NCBI GenBank assembly: GCA_020850835.1
Contig: JADZDX010000037.1
Span: 17,044 to 81,043 of the forward strand
Length of the DNA: 64,000 bases
Reading direction: 5' to 3'
Source: Fimbriimonadaceae bacterium
Lineage (GTDB): Bacteria; Armatimonadota; Fimbriimonadia; Fimbriimonadales; Fimbriimonadaceae
Below are positions 38,272 to 46,845 of the stretch, in pieces (the stretch's first letter is position 1; each line of letters starts with the position of its first letter). The notes beneath the pieces are model-generated. The model was not told the DNA's origin. It saw only the letters and a program-made list of their open reading frames with translations, and made no database searches. A program made the position numbers and the translations under genes.

Positions 38272-38416
38272 CCGGCCCTCGGCTGGCAGGGCGAACGCAT
38301 ACGACTGGCTCCGCTGGATGTTGAAAAGCATCTCGAGAACTATTTTCATGGCTGAACAACTCTGAGAAGCTGCGGCTTTTCTGTAAGAGCACCTTAGGTC
38401 TTTCGATTACTGCAAC

Positions 38417-39889
38417 CTATTCGCCCTTAGCGCCCCATGGGGAGCTGTAGTTCGGTGGTTCCTTCGTGATCGTCACGTCGTGCGGGTGCGATTCCAGAAG
38501 GCCCGCGTTGGTGATCTTAACGAACTCGGCGTTCTTTCTTAGAGACTCGAGTGAACCAGCGCCACAGTAGCCCATGCCGCTGCGCAGGCCGCCCATGATT
38601 TGCGCCATCGTGTCGGCGACCATGCCCTTATACGGCACGCGACCCTCGACGCCCTCGGGCACCAGCGCGGCGGGATTATCTTTGATCTGGAAATATCTGT
38701 CGCTACTTCCCTCTTTCATCGCACCGATACTGCCCATGCCGCGATAAACCTTGTAGGCGCGGTTCCGATAGATTTCGGTCTCGCCGGGGGATTCGTCGCA
38801 GCCGGCAAACATATTGCCCATCATGACGCTGCTGCCGCCCGCGGCTAGGCTCTTGACGACGTCGCCGCTGCTGCGGATTCCGCCATCGGCGATGGTGGGA
38901 ATGTCGTGCTTGGCGGCCTCTTCGGCGCACTCCATGACGGCGCTAAATTGGGGAACGCCGATGCCCGCCACGACGCGCGTGGTGCAGATACTGCCCGCAC
39001 CAATGCCCACGCGCAAGGCGTCTGCACCGAGGGCGATAAGGTCTTTGGCGCCTTGCTTGGTAGCGACACTGCCCGCAACAACTTTCAGGTCGGGGAGTTT
39101 GGACTTGAGCATCTTGAGGCAGTTCATGACGCCATCGGAATGGCCATGCGCGGCGTCGATCATGATGAAGTCTACGCCAGCATCTTGAAGGGCTTTGGCT
39201 CGCTCGTAAGGGTCGCGGAGCGCACCAATCGCCGCACCGACTATGAGGCGGCCCTTGTCGTCCTTGGTCGCATTCGGGTGGCGCTTCACCTTCATGATGT
39301 CTTTGATCGTGATAAGGCCCATGAGATGGCCTGCGCCATCTACGACGGGGAGCTTTTCGATGCGGTGGTCGGCGAGAATTGCCTGGGCTTCTTCGAGGCT
39401 GGTGCCAACGACGGTGGTGACGAGATTGCCGCTCGTCATGCGCTCTTTGATCGGTCGCTCAAAGTTGGTTTCGAACCTAATATCGCGGTTGGTGAGGATG
39501 CCGACTAGTTTGTTCGCTTGATCAACAATCGGAACGCCGCTGATATGATAGCGGTCCATGAGCGCGATGGCCTCGCTGATGCTGTTCTCGGGGCCGAGCT
39601 TGATTGGGTTCGTGATGACGCCGTGCTCGGAGCGCTTGACTCGGTCAACCTCTTCGGCCTGGCGCGCGATGCTCATGTTGCGGTGGATGACGCCGACGCC
39701 GCCTTCTCTGGCGATGGCCACTGCGAGGCGGGATTCTGTGACCGTGTCCATCGGTGCGCTGCAGATGGGGCTGGTGAGGCGGATGCCTTTGAGGAACTCA
39801 GTGCTGGTGTCGACTTCGCTGGGCAGGACGGAGGTTTGTTTAGGGATGAGGAGTACGTCGTCGAAACTGAGCCCTTCGCGGAAGTCCAT
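38417..39889 (-). CDS. guaB: IMP dehydrogenase
   Basis: 'LTFDDVLL'-like N-terminus, CBS pair, and catalytic '[11 protein letters not shown]'. 490 aa. Confidence 0.95.
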   Translation of the reverse strand: MDFREGLSFDDVLLIPKQTSVLPSEVDTSTEFLKGIRLTSPICSAPMDTVTESRLAVAIAREGGVGVIHRNMSIARQAEEVDRVKRSEHGVITNPIKLGPENSISEAIALMDRYHISGVPIVDQANKLVGILTNRDIRFETNFERPIKERMTSGNLVTTVVGTSLEEAQAILADHRIEKLPVVDGAGHLMGLITIKDIMKVKRHPNATKDDKGRLIVGAAIGALRDPYERAKALQDAGVDFIMIDAAHGHSDGVMNCLKMLKSKLPDLKVVAGSVATKQGAKDLIALGADALRVGIGAGSICTTRVVAGIGVPQFSAVMECAEEAAKHDIPTIADGGIRSSGDVVKSLAAGGSSVMMGNMFAGCDESPGETEIYRNRAYKVYRGMGSIGAMKEGSSDRYFQIKDNPAALVPEGVEGRVPYKGMVADTMAQIMGGLRSGMGYCGAGSLESLRKNAEFVKITNAGLLESHPHDVTITKEPPNYSSPWGAKGE

Positions 39890-39997
39890 GGTCCATTTTA
39901 GCTTGGACTGGCTACGGATGGCTTGACTCAGACAAGACTTGACACTTTTTCCTGTCGTTTCGGAACTTCGAGGGGTTGATTCGTCTATAGTTGAGTT

Positions 39998-41218
39998 ATG
40001 GGCGTTCTATCGTATCTAACCAGCGTCACGCTGCTCGCATCATTGTCGGCACTCACTGCACAGCAAGCCATTGAGGGCTTCACCAAGGAGTACCAAGACC
40101 TCAGCAAAGCTAAGAACTTAACGGAGGAGACCTACTATGGGGCCGCCGAAAAGTTCGGAGCCCAGATTGACTTCAATGCCATTTCAGTGGACGAGGGGAT
40201 CCAACTCGCGGGCCATCCGATTGGCGTATCACCAAGCGGCTATGCTGGCTTGGTCGGTTTCTCAGCGAAACAAGTGGTTACCAAGGACGAAAGCGGTCTG
40301 AAAGCAGCCACGCTTAAAGCGATGGTGAGCATTATCGAGAGCCGCGACGGCAAGTCCATGTCAGCAGCCGATGTCAACAAAGCGTACGGCACCTTGCTTG
40401 GTCACTCAAAGGTATCGCCGACTCAACAGGTGATCTCGGCTGTCTACGATGGAGCTTCAATGCTTGACACGAAGAACTTCAGCCTTTATGGAGACCTGAT
40501 TTCAAAGGGGGTTGCTCCGAATCTTGCTTCAATGGCGTATGGAACTTGGCAGGATTGGGTTGATGCAAATCCTGGCAACAAAGACACCGATAAGCTGTGG
40601 GCAAAGTTCCATGATGGTGCAGTTGCCTCTCTCGCAGCCGCAGAAAAGGCCGAAAAGCCAGACGCGCGCGTGGTAAGCGGTCTTAAGCGCACTATCCAAG
40701 GAATGGAGTCTCCAGCGGGTCGCGGCAAGTTGGTGGGCTTCCCCGCCCCCGAGATTACATTCAAGTGGGACAGCGATGGGAAAGCCAAGAAGTTGAGCGA
40801 CTATCGCGGAAATGTGGTGGTGCTAGATTTCTGGGCCACTTGGTGCGGCCCATGCCTCGCTTCAATGCCCCACATCCGCGAATTGGCCAACCACTATAAG
40901 GGCCAGAAGCTGGTGATCTTAGGAATCACGAGCATCCAAGACGGATTCTGGGAGGATGGCAAGAAGCAGGACCTAAAGGGCAAGCCTGATGAGGAGATTG
41001 CTTTGTACCCGGCTTACATGCAGCGCAAGGACATTAACTGGACGATTGCCGTTGGTGATCAGAACGTGTTCAATCCCGATTACGGTGTGAACGGAATTCC
41101 CCATATGGCGATTCTTGACGCTCAAGGCAAGATCCGCTATCGTGGCCTCCACCCAAGTGCAGTGTCACTCGCTGACAAGATCAAGATGATTGATCCGCTG
41201 TTGAAAGAGATCAAGTAA
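39998..41218 (+). CDS. Exported protein with C-terminal TlpA/ResA-like thioredoxin domain
   Basis: Signal peptide, and C-terminal 'VVVLDFWATWCGPCLASMPHI' (WCGPC) followed by 'NGIPHMAILD'. Confidence 0.7.
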   Translation: MGVLSYLTSVTLLASLSALTAQQAIEGFTKEYQDLSKAKNLTEETYYGAAEKFGAQIDFNAISVDEGIQLAGHPIGVSPSGYAGLVGFSAKQVVTKDESGLKAATLKAMVSIIESRDGKSMSAADVNKAYGTLLGHSKVSPTQQVISAVYDGASMLDTKNFSLYGDLISKGVAPNLASMAYGTWQDWVDANPGNKDTDKLWAKFHDGAVASLAAAEKAEKPDARVVSGLKRTIQGMESPAGRGKLVGFPAPEITFKWDSDGKAKKLSDYRGNVVVLDFWATWCGPCLASMPHIRELANHYKGQKLVILGITSIQDGFWEDGKKQDLKGKPDEEIALYPAYMQRKDINWTIAVGDQNVFNPDYGVNGIPHMAILDAQGKIRYRGLHPSAVSLADKIKMIDPLLKEIK

Positions 41219-41236
41219 CAAATCTTGCAAGGTGAT

Positions 41237-41275
41237 TCAGGGGGATCCGCAAAAGCGGTCCCCCTGAACATTTTT
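41237..41275 (+). terminator. Rho-independent terminator
   Basis: 'TCAGGGGGA-tccgcaaaagcgg-TCCCCCTGA' followed by 'acaTTTTT'. It sits between the convergent tlpA-like and phhA genes. Confidence 0.6.
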
Positions 41276-41301
41276 GCAACCTGAAGGTTGCGTTCCATCG
41301 G

Positions 41302-42234
41302 TTACTTACCAGCTAACAGGAAACTCTTAAGGTCTTCCTCATTCACGAGCGGCTCACCGGGGGCAACATTGTCTAGCTTCCCTTCCTTCATCCACCTTTC
41401 GAGTTCATCTACTAGTGAGAACAAGTGGTCAAAGGAGTCCACAATAAACAAGAGCGGCTGGTACTTGTCTATTTCAAAGTACTGATTGACAACCCATTCC
41501 AACTGGACCGGATAGCGCTGGACATCGGGCGATTCGATGCAGTACTCGATCTCACCAAACGAGCTCAGGAGTCCACTTCCGTAAACCTTGGTTTCTCCGT
41601 TCTTGCCACGCATTAGACCGAACTCAATCGTGAACCAGAAAAAGCGGGCCATGGCCTTGATGATATTCGCGATCTTGTGAGCGCGCTCATCCTCTTCACG
41701 AATCCCCTGGGCTATTTCAGCGGCGGTATGGGCAGCCTCACCAAAGCGCACCAACGTATCAGCAAATGCCTTGTCCGTGTGCATCGGCACGTGACCGGCA
41801 ATGTCATGAAAGATGTCAGGCTCGGGAAGGTAGTCGAGTTTGTCGGCCCGGCGGATTGTAATCGTCGTTGGGAACTCGCGATTCCGAAGGCTATCAAAAA
41901 ACTGGAAGGCGGGAACATAGCCGCTTACCGCCTTGGCTTTGAACCCCGTGAGCGGATTCAGAAACTGATTCACATCTTCAAGGCGCGGAACCGCGTTGGG
42001 GTCAAGGGCTAGGTTCTCAATGCCCCGCATGAAATGCTCATTGGCGTACTTCTCCCACCGTGGCTGCATGCGAGCGAATAGCTTGCGCCACGCATCATGG
42101 TTAGCCTCGCTATAGAGCTCATATGGCTGGTTAATGTAGATATTGCCATGGGCCACCGCATCCTCAATGAAGGGTGCTTCGGTCGTAGTTAGGCCAGAAC
42201 CTGGTTCAAACTTCATTGGTTGAACTGATGCCAT
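41302..42234 (-). CDS. phhA: Phenylalanine-4-hydroxylase (biopterin-dependent aromatic amino acid hydroxylase)
   Basis: 'EPDIFHDIAGHVPMH' (iron ligands), 'FWFTIEFGL' and 'YGSGLLSSFGE'. Confidence 0.85.
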   Translation of the reverse strand: MASVQPMKFEPGSGLTTTEAPFIEDAVAHGNIYINQPYELYSEANHDAWRKLFARMQPRWEKYANEHFMRGIENLALDPNAVPRLEDVNQFLNPLTGFKAKAVSGYVPAFQFFDSLRNREFPTTITIRRADKLDYLPEPDIFHDIAGHVPMHTDKAFADTLVRFGEAAHTAAEIAQGIREEDERAHKIANIIKAMARFFWFTIEFGLMRGKNGETKVYGSGLLSSFGEIEYCIESPDVQRYPVQLEWVVNQYFEIDKYQPLLFIVDSFDHLFSLVDELERWMKEGKLDNVAPGEPLVNEEDLKSFLLAGK

Positions 42235-42251
42235 GCGGTGATTGTACTCAC

Positions 42252-42647
42252 CTATAAGAGATCTTCGACTTTGTTCCTGGGGCGACGATCAAGGATGAGG
42301 CCGACAATCGTGAGAATAATTCCGAATCCAAGAGCAACAAAAGGCGCCGCCTTGTAAATGCCGATTTGACCAGAGTTCATCCCCGTTGCCTCCGTATTGA
42401 ATCCATCGTTCGCGTAGCGATTGTAACCCCACATCATAACGATCCCAACAATCACCGGGATCCAGCCAAAGACATACTTCAGCCACTTTCCCCTACCGGC
42501 TTTGCGCTGCTGACTGAGGAAACCAAGAACAAAGAAGATAACCGCGACCGTGAAGAAGAGGAATAGCTTCAGAAAGACATCCTTACCGGTATCGGTACCA
42601 GCTTCCGCAAACGTGTTCAGGATCAGTGGGGTAGGCATGTTCTCCAA
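42252..42647 (-). CDS. Integral membrane protein (hypothetical, 3-4 TM)
   Basis: Hydrophobicity only. Confidence 0.45.
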   Translation of the reverse strand: MENMPTPLILNTFAEAGTDTGKDVFLKLFLFFTVAVIFFVLGFLSQQRKAGRGKWLKYVFGWIPVIVGIVMMWGYNRYANDGFNTEATGMNSGQIGIYKAAPFVALGFGIILTIVGLILDRRPRNKVEDLL

Positions 42648-42737
42648 CTTGACTGCAAAGGCTGTGCCATTTTACCGAACGTCCTGCACCCGGAATTGGT
42701 CGGCCCAGAATGTGACACACTCTTACTATCCCCACCA

Positions 42738-43511
42738 ATGGAAATCCAGACATTTGCTACCGGCGACCTTGCAAAGGTGTTCTTACTGGTTGGCTTGGAG
42801 ATCCTACTTTCTGCCGATAACGCCATCGTCATGGCCATTCTCGTTCGGCACCTCCCGACCGATCAGCAAAAGCGTGCCCTGTTTTACGGCCTTGCCGGAG
42901 CTTTTGTTTTCCGCGCATTGGCAATCGTGGCGGCTACTTGGCTTATCGGCTTGTGGTGGGTGCAGTTGCTCGGGGCTCTCTATCTCATTTACTTAGCCGG
43001 AAAGCACTTCATCGTTCATCACGGCGGCGACCGAGTTATAGCACCTAAGAAGGCCGGCTTTTGGCTCACCGTTCTCTATGTAGAACTAACCGATCTGGCC
43101 TTCGCCATAGATTCTGTGCTAGTTGCCGTTGCGACGGAACCCAGTAGACACAAGATCTGGGTGGTTTACACCGGCGCAATGGTCGGGGTCATCGCCCTTC
43201 GATGGGCTGCACGGGTCTTCCTCATCCTTCTCAAGCGCTATCCCGTTTTGGAACACATGGCTTACCTTCTTGTCGGCTGGGCAGGCATCAAACTCCTTTG
43301 CCTTGGGGGCCACACCATGGAGGAATGGATTGGATCTCGAATGCCGCAGGGATTGCACATCAGCGTAATGTCACCCTTGGTCTTCTGGATTGGGGTCGGC
43401 ATTATCTGTGCTTGGGGAGTGCTACGCTGTATTCAAACCGGACCCAATGTCGACGAAACTCCCGACTTTGAGACTGAAATAGAGCAACTGGAAGAAGAGC
43501 ACCTGCCTTAA
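42738..43511 (+). CDS. TerC-family membrane protein
   Basis: 'LEILLSADNAIVMAIL' and 'ELTDLAFAIDSV' are the duplicated TerC motifs. Start set to the ATG at 42738. Confidence 0.8.
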   Translation: MEIQTFATGDLAKVFLLVGLEILLSADNAIVMAILVRHLPTDQQKRALFYGLAGAFVFRALAIVAATWLIGLWWVQLLGALYLIYLAGKHFIVHHGGDRVIAPKKAGFWLTVLYVELTDLAFAIDSVLVAVATEPSRHKIWVVYTGAMVGVIALRWAARVFLILLKRYPVLEHMAYLLVGWAGIKLLCLGGHTMEEWIGSRMPQGLHISVMSPLVFWIGVGIICAWGVLRCIQTGPNVDETPDFETEIEQLEEEHLP

Positions 43512-44313
43512 CGGTAGAGAAACATCAGCATTTCTCCGAACCGGCGAGCCCAAGCACGTTCGTTATGTTCGCCACCAAGGTCCTCAACATAGGCAAGATC
43601 CTTGCCTAGTACCCAGCCTTTGCCGACCAGAATGTTTCGCAATGCCTGAGCATCTTGCATTGCAGACTTGCTTTCTGATGACCCAATATCTAGCCAGATC
43701 TTTGGCCTCGAACCACTGAAGGCCTTTGCCGTGGTCAGCAGGTGGCGTTCCCCCACCAGACTGACGGCGACATGCCGCCAATCTTGCCGAAGGTCGCCGG
43801 TTTCGTAAGGCCGAAGTGGAGGGAAATGAGCCCGCCAAGGCTCGCCCCCGCAATTCCAAGGTTTGGGGCCCCTGTCTTCAATCGAAATTGTTTACGCATG
43901 ACGGGCATCAGTTCTTCCGCAAGAAAGCGACCATAGGTGTCGCCTTTGCCCGCGCCTTGGGTGGTCTTCACCGTGGTGTATTCGTCCATCCGACCCGCTC
44001 CAGTGTTATCAACAGCAATCATGATCAAAGGGGTGATCAACTTTGCATTGATGAGCCCTGCGGCGGTTTCATCGCACCGCCATTCTTCGCCCGTAATGTA
44101 GCTCCTTGCCCCGTCAAATACGTTTTGTCCGTCGAGCAAGATGAGAGCTGGATAGGAAGCATTTGACTTCTCGTAACCTGGCGGAAGCCAGACCATTACC
44201 CGCCGGCTCGTTCCCAGTAGTTTGCTCTCGAACTTTGGAACCTCCTTGACCGTGCCCGTAAGTGTGGAGGTCCTTGTCTGGGCTATTAGCATCCCTGGGA
44301 TAATGGCGTACAT
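43508..44313 (-). pseudogene. Esterase (PF00756-type 'putative esterase'/enterochelin-esterase-like) interrupted by a frameshift
   Basis: ORF 43735..44313 carries 'ILLDGQNVF' and the nucleophile elbow 'GASLGG', and ends '...SPSVWWGNATC*'. ORF 43508..43756 continues the fold ('IWLDIGSSE...GGEHNERAW') in the +1 frame. The junction is a run of 5 G (minus strand, 43741-43745). Confidence 0.65.
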
Positions 44314-44318
44314 ATTCC

Positions 44319-45350
44319 TTAGGTTACCGCTGGATCGAGGAGGCGCAATGACCGCTCATCACTGTTCATCTCGGCGCGGGTTCCAATAGGCATCGTCACC
44401 TGGTCAGCGATATGCCCCGATGGAAAGCCCGTGAAACAGGGGATGCCAAAAAGTTTGGCTCGATCAGACAAGACATCCAGCATGGACCAGTCACCAGGAC
44501 TAGCCTCCGGGACTTGACCAGCCCTTGGCCTAAGAACGCCAAAGACAATTCCGTTAGCCCCTCTCAACGACCCATCCAACCACAATTGGGTCAGCATCCG
44601 GTCAACTCGGTAAGGATCCTCGCCGATCTCCTCAATGAAGACAATGGCACCTTCCAGATTCGGAGCATACGCACTTCCACCAACAGCCGCCAAAAGGGAC
44701 AAATTGCCCCCGACCAGCCGCCCCGTGGCCCGACCCGGAACAAGCGTAGCGGCAACCGGGACTGGCTCCCCGCTGAATGCTGGATACGGCTCCCCATACT
44801 GCCCTAGCATCATCACCTTTCTCATCGAATCTAAGTCGTAGGGACCCCAATTTGAGGTCGCGGTGGGCGCATGGAAGGTGATTACGCCGGTCTTCACGTT
44901 CAGAGCATTGAGGAGCCCGGTGATATCGCTAAATCCCCAGACAACTTTTGCGTTCCTTCCGAAGGCTCCGTAATCAACATACTCAAGCATTCGAGTCGTC
45001 CCGTAGCCTCCCCGCATGCAAACGATTCCTTTGACTGAGTCATCGTTTACCATTTGGTTAAAGTCCTGAGCCCGTTGCTTATCGGTGCCACCCAAATAGC
45101 CGTACCTTTCAAGGGCGTGCGGTGCCACCTTCATCTTGAGCCCCAGTAGGGCTAGGTTCGACCGCGCGATATCAAGGTCCAGCGGATCGCTGGTCACACC
45201 GGCCGGACTAATAACTGCAACCACATCGCCCTCATTGAGCCGGGGTGGTCGAATGCTCTTCAGGGTCCTTGCACTTCCCCTGGCCAGCGGGGTGGCACTC
45301 GCGGCTGCGATCATTCCCAGGTGGAGTGCTTCTCGGCGACTCATCTTCAT
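44319..45350 (-). CDS. LD-carboxypeptidase (peptidase S66, LdcA-like) with Tat-type signal peptide
   Basis: 'MSRREALHLGMIAAASATPLARG' (twin-arginine), 'VAVISPAG', 'GFSDITGL' (Ser nucleophile) and 'FPSGH'. Confidence 0.8.
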   Translation of the reverse strand: MKMSRREALHLGMIAAASATPLARGSARTLKSIRPPRLNEGDVVAVISPAGVTSDPLDLDIARSNLALLGLKMKVAPHALERYGYLGGTDKQRAQDFNQMVNDDSVKGIVCMRGGYGTTRMLEYVDYGAFGRNAKVVWGFSDITGLLNALNVKTGVITFHAPTATSNWGPYDLDSMRKVMMLGQYGEPYPAFSGEPVPVAATLVPGRATGRLVGGNLSLLAAVGGSAYAPNLEGAIVFIEEIGEDPYRVDRMLTQLWLDGSLRGANGIVFGVLRPRAGQVPEASPGDWSMLDVLSDRAKLFGIPCFTGFPSGHIADQVTMPIGTRAEMNSDERSLRLLDPAVT

Positions 45351-45372
45351 TGCTCAATTCTCTTTCCGCATC

Positions 45373-46842
45373 TCAATACCTTGGAGTTGGAACCTCGGCA
45401 TCAAAAGGGTTGGGTAGATCATACACTTCATTAGCGCTAACTACGACCCCATCCCAGTCAATGCCGTAAGCCCTTGACCGTGAATCAACAATGCGGCGGA
45501 CTATCTCGGCACGGGCCTTCGCACGAGTGTTCTCGGGAGGATCAGTCATGGCAATCGCGGCGTCAAGGTCATCAATCACCCGCACGGTTTCACCCATCTG
45601 CTGCAAAGCGTAGAAGAGTCCCTTGCCTTCGTCAATATTGTGATATTCAAGGTCAATGCTGTGCAACGAATCATCATCAAGCTCGAGGCCTTGACTCATC
45701 GCGTATTCTTCGATGATCTTCTTTTTCGCTACCCAATCGAGCCGATCCGCAAGGGCCATAGGATCACGTTCAAGTTGGTCAAGCGTATCCGACCAATTGC
45801 TGAGTACCCAGTCAGTTTCCTCGCTCTCGTTGGCGAAGGCTTCGCACAAAGCAAGATATCGCCGCTGCACTTCGATGGCACTTGTCGGTCCGCCGTTCCA
45901 CAGTTGACAGGACCAGCGCAGGGTGGGATCGCGACTTATTGAACGTAGCGCATGTACCGGCTGACCGAGCCGGGGGGCGTCTCCTAGCTTCCCTTCTTCA
46001 ATGAGCCGTAGCACAAGACTAGTGGTACCTACCTTGAGGGCGTATGCAAACTCCATCATGTTGCTCTCCCCAAATAGGACGTGCAGTCTCTGCCGGCCCA
46101 TGTAGCTATAGAAGGTTTCCCACTTGGGATTGATCATCGCGCGGTTGAACCGCACCCTCCCCGCCACTCCTTTGAGGATATGGTCCGCTCGCTGGCTAAG
46201 CTGGAACTTGACGCTTGGATCGGGTACCACGCCATAAGCATTACCCACCCAGATCGTATCTACTATATTTGGGTTGGAGCGGTTGGGGCTTTGTACAACG
46301 AGGTCATCAACCAACGCATGACCACCCACGCGGCCGGTCCCTGCGAAGATCTGCCGCGTAACCAAGAAGGCCATGATCTTTGGAACCTGGACGGCATAGA
46401 AATCTTCCTCCATCTTGACGAAGTAGTTTTCGTGGCACCCAAACGTGTGCCCACCAAAGTGATCCACGCTGTTGTTGTAAACCGAAATGCTATCGGACTC
46501 GCCTAGTTCGCGTATTGCTCGAGTAATGAGCCGGTGGCCAGCGCGATCATTGGAGATTAGGGTCTTGATATCTCGACACTCGGCGGTTGCGTATTCCAAG
46601 TGACTCCCCACGGCATCAATATAGAACCTGGCTCCATTGATCAAGAACCCACCGCACTCAGCCGGCTCAAAAATCTCGTCCCGGGCCATGATGTCAAGGG
46701 CCCCGAGCCGCTGGTGAAGGAAGACGTGGTCCTTGATCGCCTCAACGGCCGCTTCGGGAGTTCCATAAAGCCCTCCATCTACTAGGCAGCCGAATTCGGT
46801 CTCAACCCCCATGATACGATCGCTTGACTTCGGGGCCGGCAT
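45373..46842 (-). CDS. Pup-ligase/deamidase family protein (PafA/Dop homologue)
   Basis: Collinear with my recollection of M. tuberculosis PafA across the whole length: 'RIMGVETEFG', 'NGARFYIDAVGSHLEYATAEC', 'FGCHENY', 'FLVTRQIFAGTGR', 'LSQRADHI', 'LHVLFGESNM' and 'TRAKARAE'. Confidence 0.85.
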   Translation of the reverse strand: MPAPKSSDRIMGVETEFGCLVDGGLYGTPEAAVEAIKDHVFLHQRLGALDIMARDEIFEPAECGGFLINGARFYIDAVGSHLEYATAECRDIKTLISNDRAGHRLITRAIRELGESDSISVYNNSVDHFGGHTFGCHENYFVKMEEDFYAVQVPKIMAFLVTRQIFAGTGRVGGHALVDDLVVQSPNRSNPNIVDTIWVGNAYGVVPDPSVKFQLSQRADHILKGVAGRVRFNRAMINPKWETFYSYMGRQRLHVLFGESNMMEFAYALKVGTTSLVLRLIEEGKLGDAPRLGQPVHALRSISRDPTLRWSCQLWNGGPTSAIEVQRRYLALCEAFANESEETDWVLSNWSDTLDQLERDPMALADRLDWVAKKKIIEEYAMSQGLELDDDSLHSIDLEYHNIDEGKGLFYALQQMGETVRVIDDLDAAIAMTDPPENTRAKARAEIVRRIVDSRSRAYGIDWDGVVVSANEVYDLPNPFDAEVPTPRY

Positions 46843-46845
46843 AGC

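Noticed and set aside
39890-39997. Promoter calls in the guaB / tlpA-like divergent region (two TTGAC motifs, one TATAGT)
   Set aside because: The spacing between candidate -35 and -10 elements does not fit (4 nt, or a poor -35 at 17 nt). This is too speculative to annotate.
42648-42737. yybP-ykoY (Mn2+) riboswitch upstream of the TerC-family gene
   Set aside because: TerC genes often carry this leader, but the 90-nt region has no GGGGAGUAG-like core or the paired four-way-junction elements I would expect.
43584-43859. Third-frame ORF across the esterase frameshift region
   Set aside because: Its translation (Arg/Gly/Ala-rich) has no esterase similarity. The two other frames together reconstruct the full alpha/beta-hydrolase fold.
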